DNA of 38,235 nt, from contig JBKHJJ010000001.1 of NCBI GenBank assembly GCA_046538185.1, positions 1 to 38,235 on the forward strand, written 5' to 3'. Source of the stretch: Dehalococcoidia bacterium. Its GTDB lineage: Bacteria; Chloroflexota; Dehalococcoidia; GIF9; AB-539-J10. Made by a program: the position numbers and the translations under genes. Each line of letters begins with the position of its first letter. Position 1 is the stretch's first letter. This document shows, piece by piece, positions 26,223 to 34,981 of the stretch. The notes below the pieces were generated by a model. The model searched no databases and was not told the DNA's origin. It was given only the letters and a program-made list of their open reading frames with translations.

Positions 26223-27935
26223 CTACTTGATCAACCTGAACTCACTAACGTCCACCAGGCCCAGGTCGGTTAGCCTCAGTTCGGGAATCACTGGCAAGGC
26301 GAGGAATGAGAGAATGGCAAATGGGGCGGGGGGCAAATTGCCCAGGCTGGCGGCAGCCTTCTCGACTTTTTCATGCTGTGATACCACCACCTCCAAAGGG
26401 TCGGGAGAAAGCAGGCCGGCGATGGGCAGGGGCAGCGAAGCGAGAATTTCCTGGTTCGCGCAGACAACCAGTCCGCCCTGCAACCTATTGATTTCCTCGA
26501 TTGCCTTGAGAATGTCGAGGTCATCGGCACCCACGGCTATTATGTTGTGAGAGTCGTGGGCCACTGACGAGGCTAGTGCTCCCTTCTTTAAGCCGAAGCC
26601 CTTTACAAGGCCTACTCCAATGTTGCCGCTGGCCGTGTGTCGTTCCACCACCACCAGCTTCAGAATGTCTCTCTCCAGATCGGGCATGACCGTCCCCTCC
26701 ACAAGTTGCATCTTTTCCATCACCTTATTCGTAAGTATCTGTCCGGGGATGATTTCGATAACTGGGTATCTTTCTCCGCTGATATTGCTTGAAAGCAGAG
26801 GAATCCTTAATGATTCTGCCGTCGGTGGCTTGATGTGCACCGTATTAGCCAATTCCGGAGCAACAGGTGGGAGAGGGAACAAGAGTCTGCCGCGCTTTGC
26901 CACCAGTCTGCCCTGGTAGAAAACCATGTCTATCTCTAGTTTGGCGAGGTCGGTAATGGTTGTGAGATTGGCTATGTAACCGGGGCCAATGCCCCCTCTA
27001 TCATAAAGCCGGAAATACTCCGCGCTGTTGATCGTCGCCATCTGAATTGCGCGGATCGGCTCCAGCCCGCGGCCAATCGCCTTCCGTACGACAGCGTCGA
27101 TATCTCCTTCGTGAAGCATATCAGAGCAACTAAGGTCGTCCACCACGAAGAAGCATCTCTTATAGGTATTATCGGTAACCAGAGGTAGAAGGGCGTCCAG
27201 ATTCTTCTCCGAAGACCCTTCCCGAATCATGAGGTACATACCACGGCGCAGCTTCTCCATTCCCTCCTCCCGGGTTGTAGCTTCGTGCTCAGACCCGATA
27301 CCGGCAGACAAGTAGGCATTTAGCCTTTCGCCAGCGAGACCCGGGGCATGTCCGTCGATAACTTTGCCCTTTGAAGCACTGATCTTCTTTAAGACCCGCT
27401 CCTCCCCACTAATTACGTCGGAGAAGTTCATCACCTCCCCCAGGCCGATTACGTTAGGATGAGCCAAGAGCCCTTCTATTTCCTCGAAGCTGATTATCGC
27501 GCCTGCTGTCTCCAGCTGGGTCGCAGGCACACACGACGGGGCCATGAACAGCATGTCCAGCGGCAGTTTCTGCGCCCAACCTGTGACAAATTCTACGCCC
27601 CGGAGTCCACAGACATTAGCGATTTCGTGCAAGTCAGTAACCACGGCCAGAGTGCCTCTGGGGACTACGGCCTGAGCGTACCTTGCCGGGTGAAGCATAG
27701 AGCTTTCTATATGTGTATGGCCGTTTATGAACGCAGGAGCTAGAAACTCGCCCTGCAAATCAATGGTTTCTTTCGCCTTGTAATAATCTCCTACTCCGGC
27801 AATTCTCTCGCCACAGATAGCCACGTTGGCTTGCTCTATTTCTCCAGTGAAGGTGTTTACTATCCGGGCATTCCTGAGGATTAAATCGGCGGGCGTCTCG
27901 CCTCTGGCCACAGAAATAAGCTCTCTTAGATTCAT
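26223..27935 (-). CDS. ade: Adenine deaminase
   Basis: 570 aa of the amidohydrolase family. APAFINGHTHIESSML and the overall length and shape are typical of Ade. It lies 3 nt downstream of hpt. Confidence 0.9.
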   Translation of the reverse strand: MNLRELISVARGETPADLILRNARIVNTFTGEIEQANVAICGERIAGVGDYYKAKETIDLQGEFLAPAFINGHTHIESSMLHPARYAQAVVPRGTLAVVTDLHEIANVCGLRGVEFVTGWAQKLPLDMLFMAPSCVPATQLETAGAIISFEEIEGLLAHPNVIGLGEVMNFSDVISGEERVLKKISASKGKVIDGHAPGLAGERLNAYLSAGIGSEHEATTREEGMEKLRRGMYLMIREGSSEKNLDALLPLVTDNTYKRCFFVVDDLSCSDMLHEGDIDAVVRKAIGRGLEPIRAIQMATINSAEYFRLYDRGGIGPGYIANLTTITDLAKLEIDMVFYQGRLVAKRGRLLFPLPPVAPELANTVHIKPPTAESLRIPLLSSNISGERYPVIEIIPGQILTNKVMEKMQLVEGTVMPDLERDILKLVVVERHTASGNIGVGLVKGFGLKKGALASSVAHDSHNIIAVGADDLDILKAIEEINRLQGGLVVCANQEILASLPLPIAGLLSPDPLEVVVSQHEKVEKAAASLGNLPPAPFAILSFLALPVIPELRLTDLGLVDVSEFRLIK

Positions 27936-27938
27936 CTC

Positions 27939-28466
27939 CTAGTCCTCCAGCGAACAAATATCAGGCAAATTGCGGAAGTCCTCGCCAAAATCCAATCCGT
28001 ATCCCACGACAAACTTATTGGGCAGCGTCAAGCCAAGATAGTCTATCGATACCGGGACTCTGTGCCGGGCCGGCTTGTCTGTCAGTGCACATAGCTTCAG
28101 GGAAGCAGGTTTCCCTCTTTTCAGATAATCGAGCAAGAAAGAGGTGGTAATTCCCGTATCCACGATATCCTCGATAACCAGGACATCTCTATCTTTTATG
28201 CGCATCCTGGCCCCGTGAACTACTCGCACTTGCCCCGAGCTTTCGCCGGCCGCTCCGTAGCTGGACAGCCCGACAAAATCGAGTTGCAAAGGTAAGTCAA
28301 GCCCGCGAATAAGGTCGGCCATGAACACGAAAGAACCCTTAAGGACTCCAATGAGCAAAGGCTCTCTGTCTCGGTAGTCCCTGTTGATTTCGTGAGCCAG
28401 CCTGTCCACAGTTTTGGCTATCTCGTCACGGCTGATAAGAATCTTGAGTTGTGGCTGAGAGGCCAT
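27939..28466 (-). CDS. hpt: Hypoxanthine phosphoribosyltransferase
   Basis: 175 aa. PRPP motif VLVIEDIVDTGITTSFL and the C-terminus FVVGYGLDFGEDFRNLPDI. Confidence 0.9.
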   Translation of the reverse strand: MASQPQLKILISRDEIAKTVDRLAHEINRDYRDREPLLIGVLKGSFVFMADLIRGLDLPLQLDFVGLSSYGAAGESSGQVRVVHGARMRIKDRDVLVIEDIVDTGITTSFLLDYLKRGKPASLKLCALTDKPARHRVPVSIDYLGLTLPNKFVVGYGLDFGEDFRNLPDICSLED

Positions 28467-28568
28467 TATGTCGTTCCTGCATCAGCTACTATGATAGCAT
28501 AATTGAACCCGACTGCGGATGCTGGACTTTTTTGTTGTTTTGTTGTACACTTCTATCACAGGATAGAG

Positions 28569-28841
28569 ATGCGGTCGAGCCTTATCGGGAAGATCGAAAA
28601 AGCGAAAAGGTACGCGCAGGAACCGGATCGTATAACTTTCTCGGGTCTAACCGCTGTTTTCCACGGGGAGAACGATGACCACACGTTAAGCTATGCCGAC
28701 GGAAAGTGGCACTGCACCTGTCATTTCTTTTCTCAGTGGGGCTTATGCAGCCACACCATGGCGCTCCAGCAAATCCTGGGCAAAATGTTACCCAAGGAAG
28801 CTCTTGACTCTCCCATGGAAGCTCAGCTGGCAGAGAAGTAA
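28569..28841 (+). CDS. Small SWIM zinc-finger protein
   Basis: WHCTCHFFSQWGLCSHTMAL fits the CxCx(n)CxH SWIM pattern. Start is taken at ATG 28569. The 3' end overlaps the convergent folC by 19 nt. Confidence 0.7.
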   Translation: MRSSLIGKIEKAKRYAQEPDRITFSGLTAVFHGENDDHTLSYADGKWHCTCHFFSQWGLCSHTMALQQILGKMLPKEALDSPMEAQLAEK

Positions 28842-30166
28842 TCCAACGTTTCTCCCACGACAAACAGAGAGCCGGTAACGCAAACAAGGTCTGCCTCACC
28901 CGCCTCAGACAGAGCTCTTGATATAGCTTCAGGCACGGTCTGACTGGTTTCAGCATGAATGCCCCGTTTGCTGAACTCATCTGTCAAGGTGGAAGGGGCA
29001 GCAGCGCGGGACTGCAATGCCCGTGTCACTATGACTCGAGGGGAGAGCGAAACTAGCTCATTCACTATTCCCGGCACATCTTTGTCGGTCGATGTCCCGA
29101 AAACAAGAAGAGTCCGCTTGTGACCGAAATACGCCCTGACATTCCTTACCAATGCTCTCATTGAGGATACATTATGGGCACCGTCAACCAGCACAGTGGG
29201 GTTCTGCTGCAGGATGTGGAATCGGCCGGGCCAGTGCACCCGGGCGAGTCCTTGAGCAATATCGATGGCTGAGATGGTGAACCCCATTGAGGACAGCATC
29301 TCTAGAGCGGCTACTGCGGCAGCAGCATTCTCAAGTTGGTAGTCGCCCAGAAGAGGAACGCTGACCTGGTAATCGTTTGCTCTGCCCTTTACGGTTAGCG
29401 ATTGATGAGAGAGGTCACCGCCTGTCTTATGCCAGGTGATTTCCTTGCCTACCTGAACGACCTTCGCCTTCCTCTTGTGACAAATATCGTTGATCGCCAT
29501 GGCCGCCTCTTCCGGCTGGGGAGAAAGCACCACCCAGCAGCCGGGCTTAACAATCCCCGCTTTTTCCCGCGCTATTTCCCCAAGAGTATTGCCTAGAATC
29601 TGAGTGTGGTCGAGGCTGATCGGGGTAATGATACATACTGTGGGGCTGGCCACATTGGTAGCATCAAGCCTGCCTCCCAGACCTGCTTCCAGCACTTGAA
29701 AGTCCACCCGCTTCTTCCTGAAGTAGGCAAATGCCAGCGCAGTCAGAGCCTCAAAATAGGTCAGTTGCCTCAAGGTGGAGTCCTGTTTCATTGCCTCAAC
29801 AAAGGGTTTGACCTCCGCCATAGCGGCGGCGAAATCAGCTTCAGAAATCAAATTGCCATCTACGCTAATACGCTCTCTGATCGTGTGAAAATGAGGGGAG
29901 ATATATAGCCCTGTTTCATATCCTGAACCGGTCAAAACCTGTGCGGTCATAGCTGCTACACTCCCTTTCCCCTTGGTGCCTGCGATGTGGACCGTCCTGG
30001 CTGACAGGTGAGGATTACCCATACGGTTTAGCAGCTCCTCTACGTGGTTCAAGCTATAACCGGGTTGCGCGTAGGTTATGCCCGGAATCTGCTCGTAATT
30101 TACAAAACTATTGAGATATTCTTCCGCCTCAGCGTAGTTCAATTCCTCACCTTGATGTCCACCCAT
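28823..30166 (-). CDS. folC: Folylpolyglutamate synthase / dihydrofolate synthase
   Basis: HIAGTKGKGSVAAM P-loop, Mur-ligase style LEAGLGGRLDATN, VDGAHN. Confidence 0.9.
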   Translation of the reverse strand: MGGHQGEELNYAEAEEYLNSFVNYEQIPGITYAQPGYSLNHVEELLNRMGNPHLSARTVHIAGTKGKGSVAAMTAQVLTGSGYETGLYISPHFHTIRERISVDGNLISEADFAAAMAEVKPFVEAMKQDSTLRQLTYFEALTALAFAYFRKKRVDFQVLEAGLGGRLDATNVASPTVCIITPISLDHTQILGNTLGEIAREKAGIVKPGCWVVLSPQPEEAAMAINDICHKRKAKVVQVGKEITWHKTGGDLSHQSLTVKGRANDYQVSVPLLGDYQLENAAAAVAALEMLSSMGFTISAIDIAQGLARVHWPGRFHILQQNPTVLVDGAHNVSSMRALVRNVRAYFGHKRTLLVFGTSTDKDVPGIVNELVSLSPRVIVTRALQSRAAAPSTLTDEFSKRGIHAETSQTVPEAISRALSEAGEADLVCVTGSLFVVGETLDYFSAS

Positions 30167-30181
30167 TATACTACTTGAGCG

Positions 30182-30209
30182 TTGTACCCTGCTTACCCTG
30201 TGGTAGAAT
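30182..30209 (+). promoter_or_regulatory. Promoter candidate for the archaemetzincin gene
   Basis: TTGTAC (30182-30187), 16-nt spacer ending in TGg, TAGAAT (30204-30209). Confidence 0.4.
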
Positions 30210-30250
30210 CTTGGGATACCTGTTGACAGAAAACTGCACGGGAGAAGTCA

Positions 30251-30766
30251 GTGAAGATCACGTTCGAACCGTTAGGGCTGGTAGCCGGCGAAACAATGGA
30301 GGAGCTCAGGGATAGGGTTGGCGGCATTTTCCATTGTCCCACGGTGATAAAGCCAGGGTTCAGTGATTTGGCCCGGGCCTATAATCCCCAGAGGAAACAG
30401 TATCTCTCCTCAGAATTGCTAAGCTCACTCCAGAAGTCGGCAGAAGAAGAAAGGCTTGTGGGCATAACCGAAGTTGACCTTTATGTACCCAGGCTTAACT
30501 TTATATTTGGTGAAGCCAATGTACTGGTCGGCACCGCAATTGTATCGCTCTGTCGCTTAAGGCAAGAGCACTATGGTTTATCTCCGGACGAGGCTTTGTT
30601 TCTGGAAAGAGCTACTAAGGAAGTGGTCCATGAACTGGGGCATACCTTCGGCCTGGGACATTGTCCCAACAACAAATGTGTCATGCACTTCTCCAACAGC
30701 CTGGCCGACACTGATTTCAAGGAGACAACCTTCTGCAGCAAGTGTCGTCCCAGGATAATTCTTTGA
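30251..30766 (+). CDS. Archaemetzincin-family zinc peptidase (M54)
   Basis: HELGHTFGLGHCPNNKCVMHF...FCSKC matches the archaemetzincin signature HExxHxxGxxxCxxxxCxM...CxxC. GTG start. Confidence 0.85.
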   Translation: MKITFEPLGLVAGETMEELRDRVGGIFHCPTVIKPGFSDLARAYNPQRKQYLSSELLSSLQKSAEEERLVGITEVDLYVPRLNFIFGEANVLVGTAIVSLCRLRQEHYGLSPDEALFLERATKEVVHELGHTFGLGHCPNNKCVMHFSNSLADTDFKETTFCSKCRPRIIL

Positions 30767-30856
30767 ACTAATCAGAGAATTTGCTATACTTGGCAGGTTC
30801 GCAGTCATACTGCCCCATGGCAATGCGTCGGGCATTCTGACAAAGGAGGATAGACC

Positions 30857-32152
30857 ATGCAAAAAGAGGTAGTTGCCGTTAGCGGCGCGAGGACAGCGAT
30901 CGGCGCTTTTGGTGGTTCTTTAAGAGATATACCCGTTGTTGAGCTGGGCGCGGCGGCAATCAGGGAGGCACTTAAACGAGCGGGGCTAAGGCCGGACTCA
31001 AGTGAAGAACTACTCAGGTATGGCCCCGACGCACTTAAGTCTGATGCAATGATAGAGTTGGAGGAGAAGCATCATGCTTACGATTCTTCTCTGCGCCCTG
31101 TTCAGGTTGATGAAGTGGTGATGGGAAACGTTCTTCAGGGAGGGCAAGGACAGAATACCGCTCGCCAGGCCTGCATCTACGCGGGCATCCCCAAGGAGAC
31201 CCCTGCCTTTACGGTGAACAAGGTCTGTGCCTCAGGTCTAAAAGCAATCACTCTGGGAGCAGAAGCCATAATAACAGGGGAGGCCGAGGTTGTAGTTGCC
31301 GGCGGGATGGAGTCAATGAGTCACGCTCCCTACGTTCTTCCCAAGGCTCGCTGGGGCTATCGCATGGATGTAGGGGCCAAGGGAGAGTTGATAGACCTGA
31401 TGGTCTTTGATGGAGTATGGGAAATATTTTACGGCTACCACATGGGAAATACCGCGGAGGAAATCGCCAATCGGTACGGGTTCACCCGCCAACAACAGGA
31501 TGAGATTGGCTATCTTAGTCATACCCGGGCTCGCAAGGCCATAGTGGAGGGCGCGTTTAAGGATGAAATAGTTCCTTTCTCTATCCCCCAGCGCAAAGGC
31601 GAGCCCATTGTCTTTGATACTGACGAGCGGCCCATGGACACTTCTATGGCGAAGATGGCCAAGCTGCCTCCGGCGTTCCGCAAAGATGGAACTGTCACTG
31701 CGGGTAACTCTTCAGGGATCAATGATGCTGCGGCTGCAGTGGTGCTTATGTCCAGAGAGAAGGCTGAAGAACTGGGGCTTAAACCAATGGCCATCCTTAA
31801 GGCCTGGGCTTCAGGTGCGATTGACCCCAAATACATGGGACTGGGACCTATACCTGCAGTAAGAAAGGTACTGAAGAAGACGGGGCTCAGCAATAAAGAC
31901 TTTGACCTTATCGAGCTCAATGAAGCCTTTGCCTCTCAGACGCTAGGTTGCATGAAGGAGCTTGGTTGGGATTTTGACCGCATCAACCCCCACGGCAGCG
32001 GTATATCTATGGGTCATCCTATTGGCTCCACCGGAGCGAGAATAGCAGTTACCATCATGTACGATATGATGCATAGAAATCTGCATCGTGCCCTGGAAAC
32101 CATGTGTATCGGTGGTGGACAGGGAATGGCAGCCGTGTGGGAAAAGCCCTGA
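30857..32152 (+). CDS. Acetyl-CoA acetyltransferase (thiolase II) with an N-domain insertion
   Basis: VNKVCASGLKAI (nucleophile Cys), NEAFASQ, GHPIGSTGARI and CIGGGQGMA. There is an extra segment of about 35 aa at 30992-31103. Confidence 0.95.
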   Translation: MQKEVVAVSGARTAIGAFGGSLRDIPVVELGAAAIREALKRAGLRPDSSEELLRYGPDALKSDAMIELEEKHHAYDSSLRPVQVDEVVMGNVLQGGQGQNTARQACIYAGIPKETPAFTVNKVCASGLKAITLGAEAIITGEAEVVVAGGMESMSHAPYVLPKARWGYRMDVGAKGELIDLMVFDGVWEIFYGYHMGNTAEEIANRYGFTRQQQDEIGYLSHTRARKAIVEGAFKDEIVPFSIPQRKGEPIVFDTDERPMDTSMAKMAKLPPAFRKDGTVTAGNSSGINDAAAAVVLMSREKAEELGLKPMAILKAWASGAIDPKYMGLGPIPAVRKVLKKTGLSNKDFDLIELNEAFASQTLGCMKELGWDFDRINPHGSGISMGHPIGSTGARIAVTIMYDMMHRNLHRALETMCIGGGQGMAAVWEKP

Positions 32153-32226
32153 GCTCGCACTGCGTCCGCCACTCCGGCGGGTACAGCGTAGGCAAAAAGG
32201 TGGAATTCACCGCCTCTTATGGATGT

Positions 32227-33378
32227 TCAGCTGAGAGTCCAGGTAGCGACATCGCACTGCCCGTATGTGTCGTGGCCCACAGCGACCACGGTGCCGTCGG
32301 ACTTAAGCCCCACCGTGTGCCCATAGCCCGCGGCGACCTGGACTATGTCCGTCCAGTCGTCGACATCGCACTGGCCATAAGTATTGTCGCCCGCGCCGGC
32401 TACAGTGCCGTCGGACTTAAGGATCACCGTGTGCCAGTAGCCTGCGGTGACCTGGATGACGTCCGTCCAGCCGCTGACATTGCGCTGACCGACGGAATCA
32501 TCTCCCAGAGTAACCACTCTGCCGCTGGCCTTGAGGGCAACGGTGTGGTAGCCGCCTGCGGCGACCTGGATGATGTCCGTCCAGGTAGTGACATCGCACT
32601 GCCCGTATGTGTCGTGTCCCACAGCGACCACGGTGCCGTCGGCCTTAAGTCCCAAGGTGTGGTAGCCGCCTGCGGCGACCTGGATGATGTCCGTCCAGTT
32701 GCCGACATTGCACTGCCCATAGTCGTTGGCCCCCACGGTGACCACGGTGCCATCGAATTGAAGACCCAAGGTGTGATAGCTGCCCGTGGCGACCTGGATG
32801 ATGTCCGTCCAGTTGCTGACCTCGCGCTGCCCGTAGTCGTTCCATCCCACGCCGACGACACTGCCGTTGACCCTGAGCGCCATCGTGTGACCATAGCCTG
32901 CAGCGACCTGGATGATGTCCGTCCAGTTGCCGACATCGCACTGCCCGGCGGAGTTGTATCCGGCGGCTACCATGGAGCCGTTGGAATCGAGTCCCACCGT
33001 ATGATAGCCACCTGCCGTGACCATGGGGATGGATTGAGGCCCAAAGGCAAAGTTGGCGGTGATAGAGTAGTTGTCGTCCATGGTGATCTCGGTTGTGGCA
33101 TCATTAACGTCAGCAATGGTACTCACATCGCCACTCCAATCTACGAAGTGGTAACCAGCATCGGGAGTCGCCACCAGGTCGATCACCGTCCCCCGAGCGT
33201 AGGCAGAAATCCCCTCTCCAGGCGTAGCTACCGAGCCTCCAGAGGTACTGGCGACAGTGAGGCCGTACTCAACAACACCACCGCACCCTGGCACAGTGGC
33301 AAGTAATGCTACCGCAACCAGGAATACAGTGGCTGTTGCCGCGCAGCGGTGTCTCCTTGAATCAACTGCTATTTTCAT
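32227..33378 (-). CDS. Lipoprotein: InlB-B-repeat-like domain plus 7 x 38-aa RCC1-like blades (paralog 1)
   Basis: Signal peptide with Cys (LLATVPGC). The domain YGLTVASTSGGSVATPGEGISAYARGTVIDLVATPDAGYHFVDWSGD follows. Then come seven repeats of the form DGTVVAVG.N.YGQC.V..WTDIIQVAAG..HT.GL. Confidence 0.9.
   Translation of the reverse strand: MKIAVDSRRHRCAATATVFLVAVALLATVPGCGGVVEYGLTVASTSGGSVATPGEGISAYARGTVIDLVATPDAGYHFVDWSGDVSTIADVNDATTEITMDDNYSITANFAFGPQSIPMVTAGGYHTVGLDSNGSMVAAGYNSAGQCDVGNWTDIIQVAAGYGHTMALRVNGSVVGVGWNDYGQREVSNWTDIIQVATGSYHTLGLQFDGTVVTVGANDYGQCNVGNWTDIIQVAAGGYHTLGLKADGTVVAVGHDTYGQCDVTTWTDIIQVAAGGYHTVALKASGRVVTLGDDSVGQRNVSGWTDVIQVTAGYWHTVILKSDGTVAGAGDNTYGQCDVDDWTDIVQVAAGYGHTVGLKSDGTVVAVGHDTYGQCDVATWTLS
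32230..33033 (-). repeat. In-frame tandem coding repeats with a 114-nt period (7 units)
   Basis: The exact 43-mer GGTGTGGTAGCCGCCTGCGGCGACCTGGATGATGTCCGTCCAG occurs at 32542-32584 and 32656-32698. Near-identical GACCTGGATGATGTCCGTCCAG cores recur every 111-114 nt. Confidence 0.85.
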
Positions 33379-33411
33379 ACTTCACCTCTAGATTTGTGTA
33401 GTTGCATCAGC

Positions 33412-33433
33412 AAATTCCAAATTCCGAAATTCC
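33412..33433. repeat. Three tandem AAATTCC heptamers between the two RCC1-like genes
   Basis: AAATTCC occurs at 33412-33418, 33419-33425 and 33427-33433. They lie in the promoter region of paralog 1 and read as GGAATTT on the coding strand. Confidence 0.6.
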
Positions 33434-33446
33434 AATGGTAGTACAA

Positions 33447-33478
33447 CCCTGCCTCGGCCCGTGAGGGCCGAGGCAGGG
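33447..33478 (-). terminator. Strong hairpin downstream of RCC1-like paralog 2
   Basis: Perfect 14-bp stem: CCCTGCCTCGGCCC (33447-33460), loop GTGA, GGGCCGAGGCAGGG (33465-33478). It starts 8 nt after the stop codon. The T tract on the minus strand is weak (TTGTACT). Confidence 0.55.
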
Positions 33479-33485
33479 TGAAGAT

Positions 33486-34628
33486 TCAATTCAAATCCCA
33501 ACCGCCGACGTTGCACTGCCAGTAGTAGTTCCATCCCACGGCGACAACAGCGCCGTCGGACTGAAGCCCGGCCGTGTGCAAGCCTCCTGCAGCGACATGG
33601 ACGATGTCCGTCCAGTCGCCCACATCGCACTGCCCGGAGCCATTCGATCCCGCAGCGAGCACGGTGCCGTCGGCCTTAAGCCCCACCGTGTGCCAGCCGC
33701 CTGCGGCGACCTGGACAATGTTCGTCCAACTGCTGACATCGCACTGCCCGGCCGAGTTGTCTCCCACCGCGACCACAGTACCGTCGGCCCTAAGCCCCAC
33801 CGTGTGCCAGTCGCCTGTGGCGACCTGGACCATGTTCGTCCAGTTGCCGATATTGCATTGGCCAGAGGCATCCGATCCCGCAGCGGCCATGGTGCCGTCG
33901 GCTTCAAGCCCCATTGTGTGCGAGCCGCCTGCGGCGACCTGGATGATGTTCGTCCAGCTGCCGACATCACATGCTCCGCAGGTGTTGTTCCCCACGGCAA
34001 CCAGGGTGCCGTCGAATTGAAGCCCTACCGTGTGCCAGTTGCCTGCGGCGACCTGGATAATGTCTGTCCAGTTGCTGACATTGCACTGCCCGGAGACATT
34101 CCATCCCACAGCGACCACCGTTTCATTGTACCCAAGTCCCACCGTGTGCCAGGCACCCGCAGCGACGTGGCTGATATCCATCCAGTCGTCGATATTGCAC
34201 TGCCCGAAGGCGTTCCATCCCACAGCAACCACAGTGCCGTCGGTCTTAAGTCCCACTGTGTGCCTATCGCCTGCAGCCAGGTCGTATTGCTTGACAAAGT
34301 TTGCTGTTATAGAGTAGTCGTTGTTAATCGTGAGGTTTGTTGCGGCGGCATAGACATTGCCAATCGCGCCCACGTCACCAGTCCAGTCGGCAAACTGGTA
34401 GCCAGCATTGGGAGTCGCCACCAGGTTGATCACCATTCCCACAGGATAGGTGAAAGTCCCCTGTCCAGGTGTAGTTACCGATCCTCCATCGGTGCTGGCG
34501 ATACTGAGGCTATAAGAATAAGGAGGCTGAGCACAGCCTGCAATTGCAGCAATGAAGGCTGCCATAACCAGGAAGATGCTGATTCCTCTCACGTAGTGGT
34601 ATTTCCTCAAATTAAGCATTGTGTTCAT
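33486..34628 (-). CDS. Lipoprotein: InlB-B-repeat-like domain plus 7 x 38-aa RCC1-like blades (paralog 2)
   Basis: Canonical lipobox IAGC. The domain YSLSIASTDGGSVTTPGQGTFTYPVGMVINLVATPNAGYQFADWTGD follows. Seven blades are marked by ..HT.GL, GQC.V and WT.I.QVAAG. Confidence 0.9.
   Translation of the reverse strand: MNTMLNLRKYHYVRGISIFLVMAAFIAAIAGCAQPPYSYSLSIASTDGGSVTTPGQGTFTYPVGMVINLVATPNAGYQFADWTGDVGAIGNVYAAATNLTINNDYSITANFVKQYDLAAGDRHTVGLKTDGTVVAVGWNAFGQCNIDDWMDISHVAAGAWHTVGLGYNETVVAVGWNVSGQCNVSNWTDIIQVAAGNWHTVGLQFDGTLVAVGNNTCGACDVGSWTNIIQVAAGGSHTMGLEADGTMAAAGSDASGQCNIGNWTNMVQVATGDWHTVGLRADGTVVAVGDNSAGQCDVSSWTNIVQVAAGGWHTVGLKADGTVLAAGSNGSGQCDVGDWTDIVHVAAGGLHTAGLQSDGAVVAVGWNYYWQCNVGGWDLN
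33489..34286 (-). repeat. In-frame tandem coding repeats with a 114-nt period (7 units)
   Basis: GCGACCTGGA(T/C)NATGT(T/C)CGTCCAG-type cores occur near 33587, 33701, 33815, 33929, 34043 and 34157. Confidence 0.85.
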
Positions 34629-34981
34629 TCTCTCTCCAGATTATTGTAGTTGCCTGCTTCAGTCCAATACAATGCTGTTACTTATGCCAGCTGTCCGGCG
34701 AACTTCAGCAGTTCCATAGCGGATTCGACTGTTCATTTCTACACGTGTATGAAGCTGTCTCCAATACTAATTGAATATAGTCTAAGACCCGTTCGTTTCT
34801 CCGTCAATCACCCATTAGTAGCCGTACTTTCGTACGCCGACCCTGTGTTGCTCCCATTGGCCGAAGCAAGCAAGTACCATAAGGGCCGTATCGGACTCTC
34901 TGGCGGGTTGCCTGAATCATTCAATTGGAGTATGCTTCCTAGTAGAAATAATAACCCGGTCGGTTGGTGTGTTGGTTTACC

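Noticed and set aside
32300-34300. Regularly spaced near-identical 25-43-nt repeats that could be mistaken for a CRISPR array
   Set aside because: The period is 114 nt, which is 38 codons, and the repeats are in frame within coding sequence. The intervening 'spacers' are themselves conserved between units. No cas genes or leader are present.
32104-34649. Long plus-strand ORFs (32104-33306, 400 aa; 33576-34649, 357 aa) with their own repeat pattern (ACGDLDDVRPVADIALP...)
   Set aside because: They are antisense shadows of the RCC1-like genes. The minus-strand frames have lipoprotein signals, recognisable domain and blade motifs, sensible starts and a terminator. The plus-strand frames have none of these. 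They stay open only because the 114-nt unit lacks antisense stop codons.
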